From NCBI GenBank assembly GCA_038127595.1, contig JAYPIC010000002.1, positions 1-62,353 on the forward strand: a stretch of DNA of 62,353 bases. The letters are read 5' to 3'. A model generated the notes under the pieces. It was not told the DNA's origin and made no database searches. It worked only from the letters and a program-made list of their open reading frames with translations. Positions 1 to 9,957 of the stretch are shown in pieces. Source of the DNA: a bacterium. GTDB lineage: Bacteria > Fidelibacterota > Marinisomatia > Marinisomatales > UBA1611. The stretch's first letter is position 1. Every line of letters begins with the position of its first letter. Position numbers and translations under genes: made by a program.

Positions 1-9
1 TCTGAGAAG

Positions 10-83
10 TGGGCGTTGAGAGATTCGAACTCCCGACATCTGCCTTGTAAGGGCAGCGCTCTGACCAGCTGAGCTAAACGCCC
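10..83 (-). tRNA. tRNA-Val (anticodon TAC)
   Basis: The reverse complement reads GGGCGTT-TA-GCTC-AGCTGGTCA-GAGC-G-CTGCC-CTTACAA-GGCAG-ATGTC-GGGAG-TTCGAAT-CTCTC-AACGCCC-A. It has a perfect 7-bp acceptor stem, canonical D, anticodon and T arms, T-loop TTCGAAT and anticodon loop CT-TAC-AA. No CCA is encoded. Confidence 0.9.
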
Positions 84-116
84 ATACGCTTAACGAAATT
101 ATAAAATTTTAAGTTA

Positions 117-2519
117 TTAAGCTTTAGAAAATTTTCTTTTCTTAATAACCTTTGGCAGGGCAACATAAAGGACATCCCAAATTTCTTTTGCAAAATGAAA
201 CTTCATATCTTTTGAAACATGTTTGGGAACATCTTCGATATCCTTTTTATTTAAAAAAGGTAAAATAACTTCTTTTATACCTGCACGATGGGCGGCAGTA
301 ACTTTTTCTTTTACGCCACCAATTGGCAAAACATTTCCACGAAGTGTAATTTCCCCTGTCATTGCAACTTTACTCTTTACTGGTACATTTGTAATCAGTG
401 ATACTAATGATGTGATCATACTAACCCCAGCAGATGGACCATCTTTAGGAATTGCACCCGCAGGTACATGAACGTGTAAATCTAATTCCTCATTAAAGTT
501 AGAATCGATTCCAAAATCATCTGCATGCGCTCTCACAAAAGTCATCCCAGCAGTAGCAGATTCTTTCATTACATCACCTAATTGACCAGTCAATGTCAAT
601 TTTCCTTTACCTTTCATTTTAGTTGATTCTATAAAAAGTATGTCACCTCCTGCAGCTGTCCAAGCTAAACCAGTAACAACGCCTGGTTCTGTAGTCCTTT
701 CAGCCAATTCAGAATGAAACTTTGAAGCTCCTAAGTAATCTTGAACTTTTGATTTTGTTACCTTGATATTTTTTGAATCTTCTTCTACAACTTCTCTAGC
801 AACTTTTCTTAAAACATTTGCTATCTCTCTTTCAAGTTGTCTAACTCCAGCTTCTCTAGTATATGAGCTAATTAACTCTTTAATAGATGCGACATCTAAA
901 GAAACCTCAGATTTATTTAATCCATTTTCTTTAATTTGTTTTGGGATTAAATGCTTTTTTGCTATTTGTAATTTTTCATCTTGGATATATCCAGAAAATT
1001 CTAATATTTCCATCCTATCACGAAGAGCAGGAGGAATATTTCCGTAGTTATTTGCAGTAGCTATGAACATAACCTTACTCAAATCAAAATCGAGTTCAAG
1101 ATAGTGATCATTAAAAGAGTGATTTTGTTCTGGATCTAATACCTCTAACAGAGCAGAAGATGGATCTCCTCTAAAATCAGATCCTAGTTTATCAACTTCA
1201 TCAAGCATAAACACTGGATTGTTTGTGCCTGCCTTTTTAATGTTTTGAATTATCCTACCTGGAAGTGCACCAATGTAAGTTCTCCTGTGGCCTCTAATTT
1301 CTGCTTCATCCCTTACACCACCTAAAGATAATCTTATAAATTCTCTACCCATTGACCTAGCAATAGATTTTCCTAGAGAAGTTTTTCCAACTCCAGGTGG
1401 GCCTCCAAAGCAAAGTATAGGTCCTCTAACACTTCCATCAGGATTTCTCTTTTGCTTAAGATTTCTAACAGCTAGATATTCAATTATTCTTTGTTTAACT
1501 TTTTCAAGACCATAATGATCAGTATCAAGTATACTTAGTGCCTCTTTAAGATCAATTCTGTCTTTTGATGATTTGCTCCATGGCAGGTCGGCGATCCATT
1601 CAATATATGTTCGAGATACATTATACTCAGGTGATTGTGTAGGGATTCTAGTAAGCCTATCAAGTTCTTTCATAGCTACTTTTTCAGATGCCTCAGGCAT
1701 TTTTGCATCCTTTATGCGCTCTTCTAATTCTTTGAGTTCTACAGTCCCTTCATCTTCACCTAATTCTTTCTGAATTGCTTTCATTTGTTCTCTGAGGTAA
1801 TACTCTCTCTGAGTTTTAGCTATTTCGTCATGAACTTCAGTCTGTATTTCTTCACCTAATTTTATTCTTTGTATTTCTCTATTAATAATAGATATAGCTT
1901 TATCAATTCTACTTTTTATGTTAACCTCTTCGAGAATTTCTTGTTTTTCTTGATTCGGGAGAGTCATTAAAGAAACCGCTCTGTCAACTAGCCTATTTGG
2001 TTTTTTGATATTTGAAAGCATCCCTGTGTGTTCTTCCGTCAAGTTTGGAGCTACCTTGATAAGGTCAGCAAAAGACGTCCTTAAATTGTCAACAATATCA
2101 TCAAGTTCTAATGAATCAGAAATTGGATCATCGCTAACTTTGCTAGCAGCAGCTTTGAAATAAGGCTCTTTACTTAAGTAATCTAAAATTTTTACTCGAG
2201 CTATACCCTGTACTATTGCAGATTTGCTATTATCAGGCATAGCAAAAACTTTGAGCACTGTAGCTAATGTACCATATGAATATAGATCTTCAGTGGATGG
2301 GTCCTCAATGGAACCGTCTTCCTGAGCTACTACTATGATGTATTTTCTTTTTTCAAGCTCAATATCTGAGATTAACTTAAGCGATTTTTCCCTACCTATA
2401 TATATGGGTATCACTTGTTGAGGAAATAAAACAGTATTACGCAATGGCATTACAGCGTATTCTTCTGTTCCTTCAATATTAATGTTTTCAATGTCTTTTT
2501 CTGATAATTTTTCTGCCAT
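117..2519 (-). CDS. lon: ATP-dependent Lon protease (LonA type)
   Basis: 800 aa. N-terminal LON domain (AVMPLRNTVLFPQQVIPIYIGR), AAA+ Walker A GPPGVGKTS, Walker B FMLDEVDK, protease Ser motif PKDGPSAGVSM. Confidence 0.95.
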   Translation of the reverse strand: MAEKLSEKDIENINIEGTEEYAVMPLRNTVLFPQQVIPIYIGREKSLKLISDIELEKRKYIIVVAQEDGSIEDPSTEDLYSYGTLATVLKVFAMPDNSKSAIVQGIARVKILDYLSKEPYFKAAASKVSDDPISDSLELDDIVDNLRTSFADLIKVAPNLTEEHTGMLSNIKKPNRLVDRAVSLMTLPNQEKQEILEEVNIKSRIDKAISIINREIQRIKLGEEIQTEVHDEIAKTQREYYLREQMKAIQKELGEDEGTVELKELEERIKDAKMPEASEKVAMKELDRLTRIPTQSPEYNVSRTYIEWIADLPWSKSSKDRIDLKEALSILDTDHYGLEKVKQRIIEYLAVRNLKQKRNPDGSVRGPILCFGGPPGVGKTSLGKSIARSMGREFIRLSLGGVRDEAEIRGHRRTYIGALPGRIIQNIKKAGTNNPVFMLDEVDKLGSDFRGDPSSALLEVLDPEQNHSFNDHYLELDFDLSKVMFIATANNYGNIPPALRDRMEILEFSGYIQDEKLQIAKKHLIPKQIKENGLNKSEVSLDVASIKELISSYTREAGVRQLEREIANVLRKVAREVVEEDSKNIKVTKSKVQDYLGASKFHSELAERTTEPGVVTGLAWTAAGGDILFIESTKMKGKGKLTLTGQLGDVMKESATAGMTFVRAHADDFGIDSNFNEELDLHVHVPAGAIPKDGPSAGVSMITSLVSLITNVPVKSKVAMTGEITLRGNVLPIGGVKEKVTAAHRAGIKEVILPFLNKKDIEDVPKHVSKDMKFHFAKEIWDVLYVALPKVIKKRKFSKA

Positions 2520-2643
2520 AAATAAACCTATTTGATTTTTTGACAGAGTGGTGCAACCACTATGCCAACTTTTAAAATGTTAAATTTTGTACTTTTATTT
2601 CCCGTCTATGCTAAAATGGCGCACAAAGCGTTGGCAAATTGAC

Positions 2644-3516
2644 TTAAACTACTTTGTCAGATCTTTTTGCTATTAAACGAGCTTGCTCGTCCGCATGATA
2701 GGAACTTCTAACTAAAGCCCCTGATTCAACAACTTCAAAACCAATTTTTAATCCAAAGTTTTTATAATTTTCAAATTCTTCATTTGAAACATAACGGTGA
2801 ACTTTCAAATGATTGGTTGTAGGCTGAAGATATTGCCCTATTGTAAAAATTGAAACTCCAGCATAATAAGCCTCTTTCATTGTATCAATGACTTCTTCAA
2901 ATGTTTCTCCTAAACCAACCATTAAACCAGTCTTAGTTTTTAAACCGTAATTGGCTGATGCTTTTAGAACGTTTAAACTTCTTTGCCAGTTGGATTGCGT
3001 TCTTACAGCCTTACTGATACGCTCAACACATTCTAAATTGTGACTAAATATTTCAGGTTCAGCAATAAACACTTTTTCTAAAGCTGTATGGTCTCCCCTG
3101 AAATCAGGAGTTAAGACCTCTACTGTACATTCTGGAACTTTTTTATGAATTTCATTTATTGTCTGCGCCCAAATTGATGCACCATAATCTCCTTTTAAAT
3201 CATCCCTATCTACAGAGGTAATAACAACATGTTTAAGTTGCATTTTTTTTACTGCCAATGCCGTTCTCATTGGCTCTAGCGGGTCATCCCAAGTTGGCTT
3301 TCCTGTTTTTACAGCACAAAACCCACATGCTCTAGTGCAAATATCACCCAAAATCATCAAAGTCGCGGTCCCTCTATTCCAACATTCATAAATGTTAGGG
3401 CAATTCGCTTCAGCACATACTGTATTTAGATTTTGATCTTTTACGATGTCCTTAACGAATTTATAATTTTCACCAATTTGTAACTTTATTTTGGGTTTAT
3501 ATTCTTTCTGTAGCAT
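2644..3516 (-). CDS. lipA: lipoyl synthase (radical SAM)
   Basis: 290 aa. N-terminal auxiliary-cluster Cys motif CAEANCPNIYEC and radical-SAM motif CTRACGFC. Confidence 0.95.
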   Translation of the reverse strand: MLQKEYKPKIKLQIGENYKFVKDIVKDQNLNTVCAEANCPNIYECWNRGTATLMILGDICTRACGFCAVKTGKPTWDDPLEPMRTALAVKKMQLKHVVITSVDRDDLKGDYGASIWAQTINEIHKKVPECTVEVLTPDFRGDHTALEKVFIAEPEIFSHNLECVERISKAVRTQSNWQRSLNVLKASANYGLKTKTGLMVGLGETFEEVIDTMKEAYYAGVSIFTIGQYLQPTTNHLKVHRYVSNEEFENYKNFGLKIGFEVVESGALVRSSYHADEQARLIAKRSDKVV

Positions 3517-3524
3517 TTTTTTAA

Positions 3525-4814
3525 TTATAACAAAGTTTCAAAATCAATATTTTCTAAATGGTTTTTTATTTTTAGCAAAAATTTTGCTCCTCCAGCACCG
3601 TCAATTAACCTATGGTCAAAACCGAGCGAGAGCATCATCATATTTCTTATTGCGATAATATCTTTATCATCTTTTTCTATCACAACGGGCTTTTTTATGA
3701 TCTTACCAGTACCTAATATACCAACGTTTGGCTGATTAATTATAGGTGTACCAATCAATGCATCGAAGATACCAAAATTTGATAATGTAAATGTAGAACC
3801 TTGTAAGTCATCTGGACTAATAGTACCATCTCTAGTTTTTTCAACAATCCCATTAAGCTCTCGACAAATTCCTAACAAGTTTTTCTCATCACATTTTAAC
3901 ATGCAAGGCACCATAAGTCCACTATCGATCGATACAGCTATGCCCATATTAACATTATCGTGTTTAATTTGAGATTGACCATCAAAAGATGAATTAAACT
4001 CAGGCATTTCCATCAAAACTTTTACTGTACAGTATATGATGAATGGGGTATACGTAAGATAAAAACCCTCATCATCATAAAATGATTTTTCTCTCTTTTT
4101 TACAAAATTTACTACCCCGGTCATATCCACTTCGTTCATAATATGAACATGCGCAGATGTATCTAAACTATAACGCATATGTTCGGATATCTTCTTACGC
4201 ATGTTATCAATTTCAATTATCTTACTGCTTTGATTGACATAAAGATCTTTTTTAATATCAACTGAACCTTTTTTCTTTATCTTAGCTCCTGATGCGATGT
4301 ATTTTTCTAGATCTTTTTTTGTTATTCTCCCATTTTTACCTGTGCCATTAATTTGTTCTAATTCTGCTAATGATATGCCTTGCTGTTTTGCTAAATTTGT
4401 AACAGCTGGAGAGACTGTAGCACTTACATTGCTACTTGAAATTTTAATGGAATTAATTTTTTCAGTCTGACTTACAAAATCACTCAAACCCTCTTTTTCA
4501 ACCTGTTTTTCTTTTTGATCATCTTTCATAAGCTCATCAGGTTCTTCAATACTTTGTATATTGTCAGTTTCAGTTTTACTTGTTTCAATCCTAGCAATGA
4601 CCTCTCCGACATCGATAACATCATTTGGTTGTGCTAAAATCTCTATAACAATTCCCCCATTCGGAGCAGGAATTTCAGAATCAACTTTATCAGTTCCAAT
4701 TTCGAGCAACGTTTCATCTGCTGCGATAGGTTCTCCAACTTTTTTATACCATTCTAAAATAGTGCCTTCAGTGATACTCTCTCCCATTTTTGGCATTACA
4801 ACATCTATAACCAT
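3525..4814 (-). CDS. dihydrolipoamide acyltransferase, E2 component of a 2-oxoacid dehydrogenase complex
   Basis: 429 aa. N-terminal lipoyl domain with lipoyl-lysine context EIGTDKVDSEIPAP, E3/E1-binding segment (PAVTNLAKQQGISLAEL), catalytic C-terminal motif DHRLIDGA. Confidence 0.9.
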   Translation of the reverse strand: MVIDVVMPKMGESITEGTILEWYKKVGEPIAADETLLEIGTDKVDSEIPAPNGGIVIEILAQPNDVIDVGEVIARIETSKTETDNIQSIEEPDELMKDDQKEKQVEKEGLSDFVSQTEKINSIKISSSNVSATVSPAVTNLAKQQGISLAELEQINGTGKNGRITKKDLEKYIASGAKIKKKGSVDIKKDLYVNQSSKIIEIDNMRKKISEHMRYSLDTSAHVHIMNEVDMTGVVNFVKKREKSFYDDEGFYLTYTPFIIYCTVKVLMEMPEFNSSFDGQSQIKHDNVNMGIAVSIDSGLMVPCMLKCDEKNLLGICRELNGIVEKTRDGTISPDDLQGSTFTLSNFGIFDALIGTPIINQPNVGILGTGKIIKKPVVIEKDDKDIIAIRNMMMLSLGFDHRLIDGAGGAKFLLKIKNHLENIDFETLL

Positions 4815-4817
4815 TTT

Positions 4818-6821
4818 TTAATACTCCAATAATTCCTTAATTGCATTTGAAATATCACTAACCTGCACCAACACATCATCCTCTAAAAACCAATTATATG
4901 GTACTGGACTATCTTTAGATGCAACTCTTTTAATAGGTCCATCTAGGTATTCAAAATATCTATCAGCAATTACAGAACACAATTCTGCACCAGGACCATT
5001 GGTTAAATTGTCTTCATAGACAACTAATACTTTACCCGTTTTACTTATAGATTCTTTTATTGTATCATAATCAATTGGGTTAAGTGTTCTAAGGTCAATA
5101 ATCTCTATAATATTATCACTTTTACTAATTTGCTGTGTAGCCTCTATGCTTTTTTGAACCATAGCACCCCAGCATATTACAGTCAAGCTATCACCTCTAG
5201 TTACATAATTGGCCTTACCAAATGGTAGGACATAATTTTTCCCAGGCTCTTCTGTTGCTGCAAATGGTTGACGATATAAACCTTTATGCTCCATAAAAAT
5301 AACAGGATCATTCATTCTGCATGCCATTTTTAATAGACCTTTTGCGTCTCTTGCATTTGACGGATAAGCAATATAAATACCTGGCATATGGATAAAATAA
5401 CCATCAATAGATTGACTGTGACATAATGCTCCATGAATGTAGCCTCCGACTGGAACTCTAATAACTATCGATGAACTCCAAGTATTATTAGACCTATACC
5501 TCATAACTGAAACTTCATTTCTAATTTGCATCATTGCAGTCCATATATAATCACCAAATTGAATTTCAACAACAGGTTTATAACCTGTCACTGCTATACC
5601 TACAGCTGTGCCAATTATGCTTGACTCAGCCAATTGAGAGTTAAAAACTCGTTTTTTCCCGAACTTTTTTGATAGACCTTTAGTGGCTGTAAAAACACCT
5701 CCCTTGGGATCAGCAATATCTTGTCCGTATATAACCATCTTATCATTATATTCCATTTCTTCATGTAACGCGTGATTAATTGCATCAACCATAACAATGT
5801 TATCAGAAATCTTTGTTAGTTTTGGTTCAGATTTAACTTTGTCTTCGCTATATACATATCTAGTAGCGAATTCTTTTGGCGGATGACCTTGTTTATCTGC
5901 CCATTCAGTATCTTTTGAAATTTGTTTCTTTATTTGATTTTCAATTTTATTTGAATTTGTTTCAGTAAATATTTTTTTATCTATACAAAATTGTTTGAAC
6001 AAAATAATAGGATCTCTTTTTAAATCCTCCTCTAATGATTTTTCAGTTCTATATTTCCTTTGATCATCCGAGCTGGAGTGAGGCATTAATCTGACAACAT
6101 TTGAAACAATAACTGAAGGCCCTTTACCTCTTCTAGCTCTTTCCACAGCTTGTTTAAAGGCTAAATGAGTTTCAAAGAAATCAGTCCCATCAACTTGATA
6201 TTTAGATAGATTTTCATAACCACTGACTAACGAAAATACGGATCCAGCAGTTTGTTCAGAGCGATGAGTGCTAATGGCATATTCGTTATCTTGAATGTGA
6301 AAGATAACAGGAGCTTTTTCTCTTCCTGCCCAATTCAAAGCCTCATGAAAGTCTCCCTGACTAGTTGTCCCCTCCCCAGAAGAAACATAAACCACTTCTT
6401 TTGAGTTTTCCAGCTTCCTAGATATTGCGCAACCAACTGCTTGTAAATATTGAGTACCTGTTGCGCTAGACTGAGATACTATTCTTAAATCCTTATTACC
6501 ATAATGCATAGGCATTTGCCGTCCCCCAGAACCAGGGTCATCAGCTCGGGCAAGAAATGACAATAAATGCTCTCTGGTAGTAATCCCCAAAGCTAAAGTA
6601 AACGCACCATCTCTGTAATAAGGATAAAACCAATCACTTCCACCTTTAAATGTCAAAGCAGCAGCTAATTGTGAGGCCTCATGCCCAGAGCAACCCATAT
6701 GAAAAAAACTTTTACCCTGTTTTAACAAAATTAACATCTTTAAATCCAATTCTCTAGCAGTAACCATCTTGGTAAATACTTCGGTTAGTTGTTTTTTTGT
6801 AAAACCGTTGAACCTAGCCAT
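4818..6821 (-). CDS. 2-oxoacid dehydrogenase E1 component, fused alpha and beta subunits (TPP-dependent)
   Basis: 667 aa single ORF. The alpha part carries the TPP-binding region SGEGTTSQGDFHEALNWA. The beta/transketolase-like part has FNSQLAESSIIGTAVG and a C-terminal domain. The fusion format is typical of FCB-group bacteria. Confidence 0.9.
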   Translation of the reverse strand: MARFNGFTKKQLTEVFTKMVTARELDLKMLILLKQGKSFFHMGCSGHEASQLAAALTFKGGSDWFYPYYRDGAFTLALGITTREHLLSFLARADDPGSGGRQMPMHYGNKDLRIVSQSSATGTQYLQAVGCAISRKLENSKEVVYVSSGEGTTSQGDFHEALNWAGREKAPVIFHIQDNEYAISTHRSEQTAGSVFSLVSGYENLSKYQVDGTDFFETHLAFKQAVERARRGKGPSVIVSNVVRLMPHSSSDDQRKYRTEKSLEEDLKRDPIILFKQFCIDKKIFTETNSNKIENQIKKQISKDTEWADKQGHPPKEFATRYVYSEDKVKSEPKLTKISDNIVMVDAINHALHEEMEYNDKMVIYGQDIADPKGGVFTATKGLSKKFGKKRVFNSQLAESSIIGTAVGIAVTGYKPVVEIQFGDYIWTAMMQIRNEVSVMRYRSNNTWSSSIVIRVPVGGYIHGALCHSQSIDGYFIHMPGIYIAYPSNARDAKGLLKMACRMNDPVIFMEHKGLYRQPFAATEEPGKNYVLPFGKANYVTRGDSLTVICWGAMVQKSIEATQQISKSDNIIEIIDLRTLNPIDYDTIKESISKTGKVLVVYEDNLTNGPGAELCSVIADRYFEYLDGPIKRVASKDSPVPYNWFLEDDVLVQVSDISNAIKELLEY

Positions 6822-7455
6822 TAACTTTTATACCTTTAAAATTTCTAGAGAAAAGATTTATAACCTTTGATTTCATTTCAGCCATTGAAGGCACTTCATT
6901 TCCTATGATATTTTCCATTGAAGTAATTCCATAATCTTCAATCCCACAAGGGATAATAGAATTATAATATTCTAAGTCTGGGTTAACATTTATTGAAAAA
7001 CCATGCATTGTAACCCATTTACTTATTCGTACACCTAGGGCTGCTATTTTTTTGTCTTTAACCCAAACACCAGTTAAACCTTTTTTTCTACCAGCAATGA
7101 TACCATAATCGCCGAGAATATCAATGATTAGCTGCTCTAACTTTCTCATATACCAAGTAATACTACGTTTATAATGATTTAAATCTAATATTGGATATCC
7201 AACTAATTGGCCAGGACCGTGAAAAGTAATATTACCACCCCTATCTGTCTGAATGACTGATGCATCATTGACAAAATTTAGCAAGTGTTCCTTTGGAGCA
7301 TTTTTGCCCAGAGTATATACTGGAGGGTGTTCTACAAGAAGAAGATGATCTTCAATCTCATTTAATATACGCTTAGTTTGAAGTTTTTTCTGTAATTCCC
7401 ATGTCTCATTAAAATCAGATAAGCCTAAATCTAAAATATTATGGGAGGGACTCAT
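6814..7455 (-). CDS. lipB: octanoyltransferase (lipoyl(octanoyl) transferase)
   Basis: 213 aa. Motifs DRGGNITFHGPGQLVGYPI, KIAALGVR and catalytic Cys context IIPCGI. The coding sequence overlaps the E1 gene by 8 bp. Confidence 0.92.
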   Translation of the reverse strand: MSPSHNILDLGLSDFNETWELQKKLQTKRILNEIEDHLLLVEHPPVYTLGKNAPKEHLLNFVNDASVIQTDRGGNITFHGPGQLVGYPILDLNHYKRSITWYMRKLEQLIIDILGDYGIIAGRKKGLTGVWVKDKKIAALGVRISKWVTMHGFSINVNPDLEYYNSIIPCGIEDYGITSMENIIGNEVPSMAEMKSKVINLFSRNFKGIKVNG

Positions 7456-7458
7456 TAT

Positions 7459-8025
7459 CTAGGTTCTATTTAAACCAATAATTGATAAAAATTCAGTCCT
7501 AGTTCTATCAGATTCTCTAAATTTTCCAAGCATTGATGATGTTGTGGTCCAACTATTTTGTTTTTCAACACCTCGCATTTGCATGCACATATGTTGACCT
7601 TCCATGATAACAGCCACCCCTACTGGATCTAATATATCTTTTACCGTCTCAGCTATTTGCCTTGTAAGCCTTTCTTGAACTTGCAACCTTCTAGAAAACA
7701 TATCAATTATCCTAGGAATCTTAGAAAGTCCAACAACTTTGCCATTTGGTAAATAACCAACATGCGCTCTTCCGAAAAACGGTATGAGATGGTGTTCACA
7801 AAGACTAAAAAACTCAATATCTCTTACAATGACCATGTCCTTCGCATCTTCTTTAAATATTGCATTATTAATAATTTTTTCGAGATCCTGGTTATAACCT
7901 TTAGCAAAAAATTGCCAAGCCTTTGAAACTCTTTTTGGAGTTCTCAACAATCCTTCCCTAGATGGATCTTCACCAATCTCTTTTAAAAGTTGAGTAGTAA
8001 GGTTTTCTATGTTTTTATTTTCCAT
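7459..8025 (-). CDS. folE: GTP cyclohydrolase I (FolE type IA)
   Basis: 188 aa. Zinc/active-site motifs [12 protein letters not shown] and [12 protein letters not shown]. Confidence 0.93.
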   Translation of the reverse strand: MENKNIENLTTQLLKEIGEDPSREGLLRTPKRVSKAWQFFAKGYNQDLEKIINNAIFKEDAKDMVIVRDIEFFSLCEHHLIPFFGRAHVGYLPNGKVVGLSKIPRIIDMFSRRLQVQERLTRQIAETVKDILDPVGVAVIMEGQHMCMQMRGVEKQNSWTTTSSMLGKFRESDRTRTEFLSIIGLNRT

Positions 8026-8043
8026 TTTAATTCTTTCTATATA

Positions 8044-8718
8044 TCATTCTTTTGCGATGTCTATCTTCCCTTTGAGAAGGTATATGATACCATATATAAT
8101 AGGGGTGTCAACTAGCGCCATTAACATTTTAAACGTCCAGCCATCGATGATTGCAGATATAATTTGATCACTATTCCAAACGCCAACAAATAAAATACAT
8201 ATGACTAATATTGTGTCTAATAGTTGAGATGCAACTGTTGAAGCATTATTTCTAAGCCATAAATGTTTACCGTTTGTAAGTCTTTTCCAAAAATGAAAAA
8301 TCCTTACATCCACGAATTGTGCAAATAAATACGCCGTCATCGATGCAGCTATAATTCTCCAAGCGTTTCTAAAGACCGAGTTGTAAGTTTCATCAGTCAC
8401 TAGGGAATCTGGTATCGCATCAAATTGACCGCCTAACCACAAGAAAAGAAGAACAAACATTGATGCTATAAAACCAGCAAATACCACTAGGTTTGCCTTT
8501 TTTTGCCCATATAACTCTGATATTAAGTCGGTTACCAAAAAAGTGAATGGATATGGCAGTATACCTGCAGAAACAATAAAAACCTTGAATCCTAAGTCTA
8601 CAGTAACAAATTTATTTGCAATGAGATTACAAGTTACTAGTGAGGCTATGAAAACCCCAGCGAGAACCAAATAAAGCTGATCTTTTAAATTATTCTTTGC
8701 CAGGTCCATAGTAATCAT
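8044..8718 (-). CDS. queuosine precursor (preQ0/preQ1) transporter, YhhQ/COG1738 family
   Basis: 224 aa polytopic membrane protein. It has the family-typical segment PYPFTFLVTDLISELYG and sits between folE and queD. The start is uncertain (M1 or M4), and the ORF overlaps the queD 3' end. Confidence 0.8.
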   Translation of the reverse strand: MITMDLAKNNLKDQLYLVLAGVFIASLVTCNLIANKFVTVDLGFKVFIVSAGILPYPFTFLVTDLISELYGQKKANLVVFAGFIASMFVLLFLWLGGQFDAIPDSLVTDETYNSVFRNAWRIIAASMTAYLFAQFVDVRIFHFWKRLTNGKHLWLRNNASTVASQLLDTILVICILFVGVWNSDQIISAIIDGWTFKMLMALVDTPIIYGIIYLLKGKIDIAKE

Positions 8719-9106
8719 TAAATATTGAATGCGTCTCTACAAGCCTAATGCGATGAAGTTTGCAATCTGTTATGTCATTAAAAATTTGATCCCATATCCA
8801 TAATAATAAATTTTCTGAGGAAGGCTGTTTATCTTTGAACCATTCCACATCTTTTTCAATTTGAGAGTGGTCAAGCACATCTACAACCTTGCTTTTCACT
8901 ATCTTATTTAAGGTTGGCAAATCAACTAACCATCCAGATCCAGGATCTATTGGACCGGTAACAGAAACTTCCAGCACATAATTATGTCCGTGGGTATTAT
9001 AATCTTTACCAAAAACTTCTAAATTTTTTTCTTCACTCCACGAGTCGTTACCATATTTGTGGGAGGCACAAAAATGGTACTTTTTAGTAATAATGGGATA
9101 ATTCAT
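8690..9106 (-). CDS. queD: 6-carboxy-5,6,7,8-tetrahydropterin synthase
   Basis: 138 aa PTPS-fold protein. Zn-binding His pattern (FCASHKYG ... NTHGHNY) and a C-terminal HRIRLVET segment. Confidence 0.88.
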   Translation of the reverse strand: MNYPIITKKYHFCASHKYGNDSWSEEKNLEVFGKDYNTHGHNYVLEVSVTGPIDPGSGWLVDLPTLNKIVKSKVVDVLDHSQIEKDVEWFKDKQPSSENLLLWIWDQIFNDITDCKLHRIRLVETHSIFNDYYGPGKE

Positions 9107-9244
9107 ATTTTTTTATTGTTTGTATTATGCAAATAAATTAATGCACAATTTACATTTTTTTATACTAATAGAACAAACTCAAAAAATAGCTCAATAAATT
9201 TGATTTAATAATTCTAGAAAGGTTTTTCTACCACTTAATTTTGC

Positions 9245-9592
9245 TTATAAAAGCTCTGAAATCACAGAAGGTAAATTCTTAACTAAACTTGATTTAGGTA
9301 ATATTAGATCGCACCCAGCAGATTTTAATTTCTTTAGGTCTTTAGCTTTTAATTCTTTTAATGAGCCAATAATTTTTAGCTCATGCCTCTTTAGCTCTGA
9401 AACTAAACCTACTGAGGAAAATACATCTTCATCTAAATCAATTATTGCTAGGATAGATTCATACGCAAAATCATCAGGGCTTGTATTTTCATCACAAAAT
9501 TCGACATTCATTTCATAGTCAACGCATGCGCTAGAAACTTTTGACCCTAATTCAAAATCCTTAATAAATAATAAAATATTTTTCATAATCAT
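9245..9592 (-). CDS. hypothetical protein, CheY-like receiver-fold candidate (stand-alone)
   Basis: The pattern of beta-strand ends resembles a receiver domain: NILLFIKD, ILAIIDLD (putative acceptor Asp), KIIGSL, DLILPK. I prefer the ATG at 9590..9592, which forms an ATGA overlap with the upstream stop (TGA 9589..9591). The ORF track start at 9613 would overlap by 25 nt. Confidence 0.4.
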   Translation of the reverse strand: MIMKNILLFIKDFELGSKVSSACVDYEMNVEFCDENTSPDDFAYESILAIIDLDEDVFSSVGLVSELKRHELKIIGSLKELKAKDLKKLKSAGCDLILPKSSLVKNLPSVISELL

Positions 9593-9951
9593 AGTTTGGG
9601 AACAAGGTCCCAATTAAAATCGGTTGATGAAGTTAACGCTTGATAGGCATCACTTACTTTATTTATTTCTTTTAATAGTTTTTTTACATCAATATCTCTT
9701 TGCAGTCCATCAAACTCTATAAATTTTTCTCTACATTTATTTAAAAGACTCTTTGCTCCATTTAAATTATTATTTTCAAGATGCACAAAACTTACGCTTA
9801 GCTGAATTAACCCCTGCACAAACCTTCGATCTTTCAAATAAAAATCCGACCAAAGCTCTTCCCATGATTCGTGTGCTTCAAAATATTCACCAGACCTAAA
9901 ATAAGTTAAGCCCTCTTGAAAAAGGTTTTCAATTTTTTGTAAATCATTCAT
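9589..9951 (-). CDS. DUF309 domain protein
   Basis: 120 aa. Characteristic DUF309 signature FRSGEYFEAHESWEELW ... RFVQGLIQLSVSFVHLENNNLNGAKSLL. Confidence 0.75.
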   Translation of the reverse strand: MNDLQKIENLFQEGLTYFRSGEYFEAHESWEELWSDFYLKDRRFVQGLIQLSVSFVHLENNNLNGAKSLLNKCREKFIEFDGLQRDIDVKKLLKEINKVSDAYQALTSSTDFNWDLVPKL

Positions 9952-9957
9952 TTTTAT

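Noticed and set aside
9107-9244. A possible preQ1 riboswitch or terminator upstream of queD. The hairpin is UAGAAA-AACC-UUUCUA (9215..9230, minus sense) followed by an A-rich tail.
   Set aside because: The stem is short with only one G-C pair. The loop CC has no complementary GG in the tail to form the P2 pseudoknot of preQ1-I. It lies about 110 nt from the queD ATG. No T-run follows, so it is not a convincing intrinsic terminator either. A covariance-model scan would be needed to revive this.
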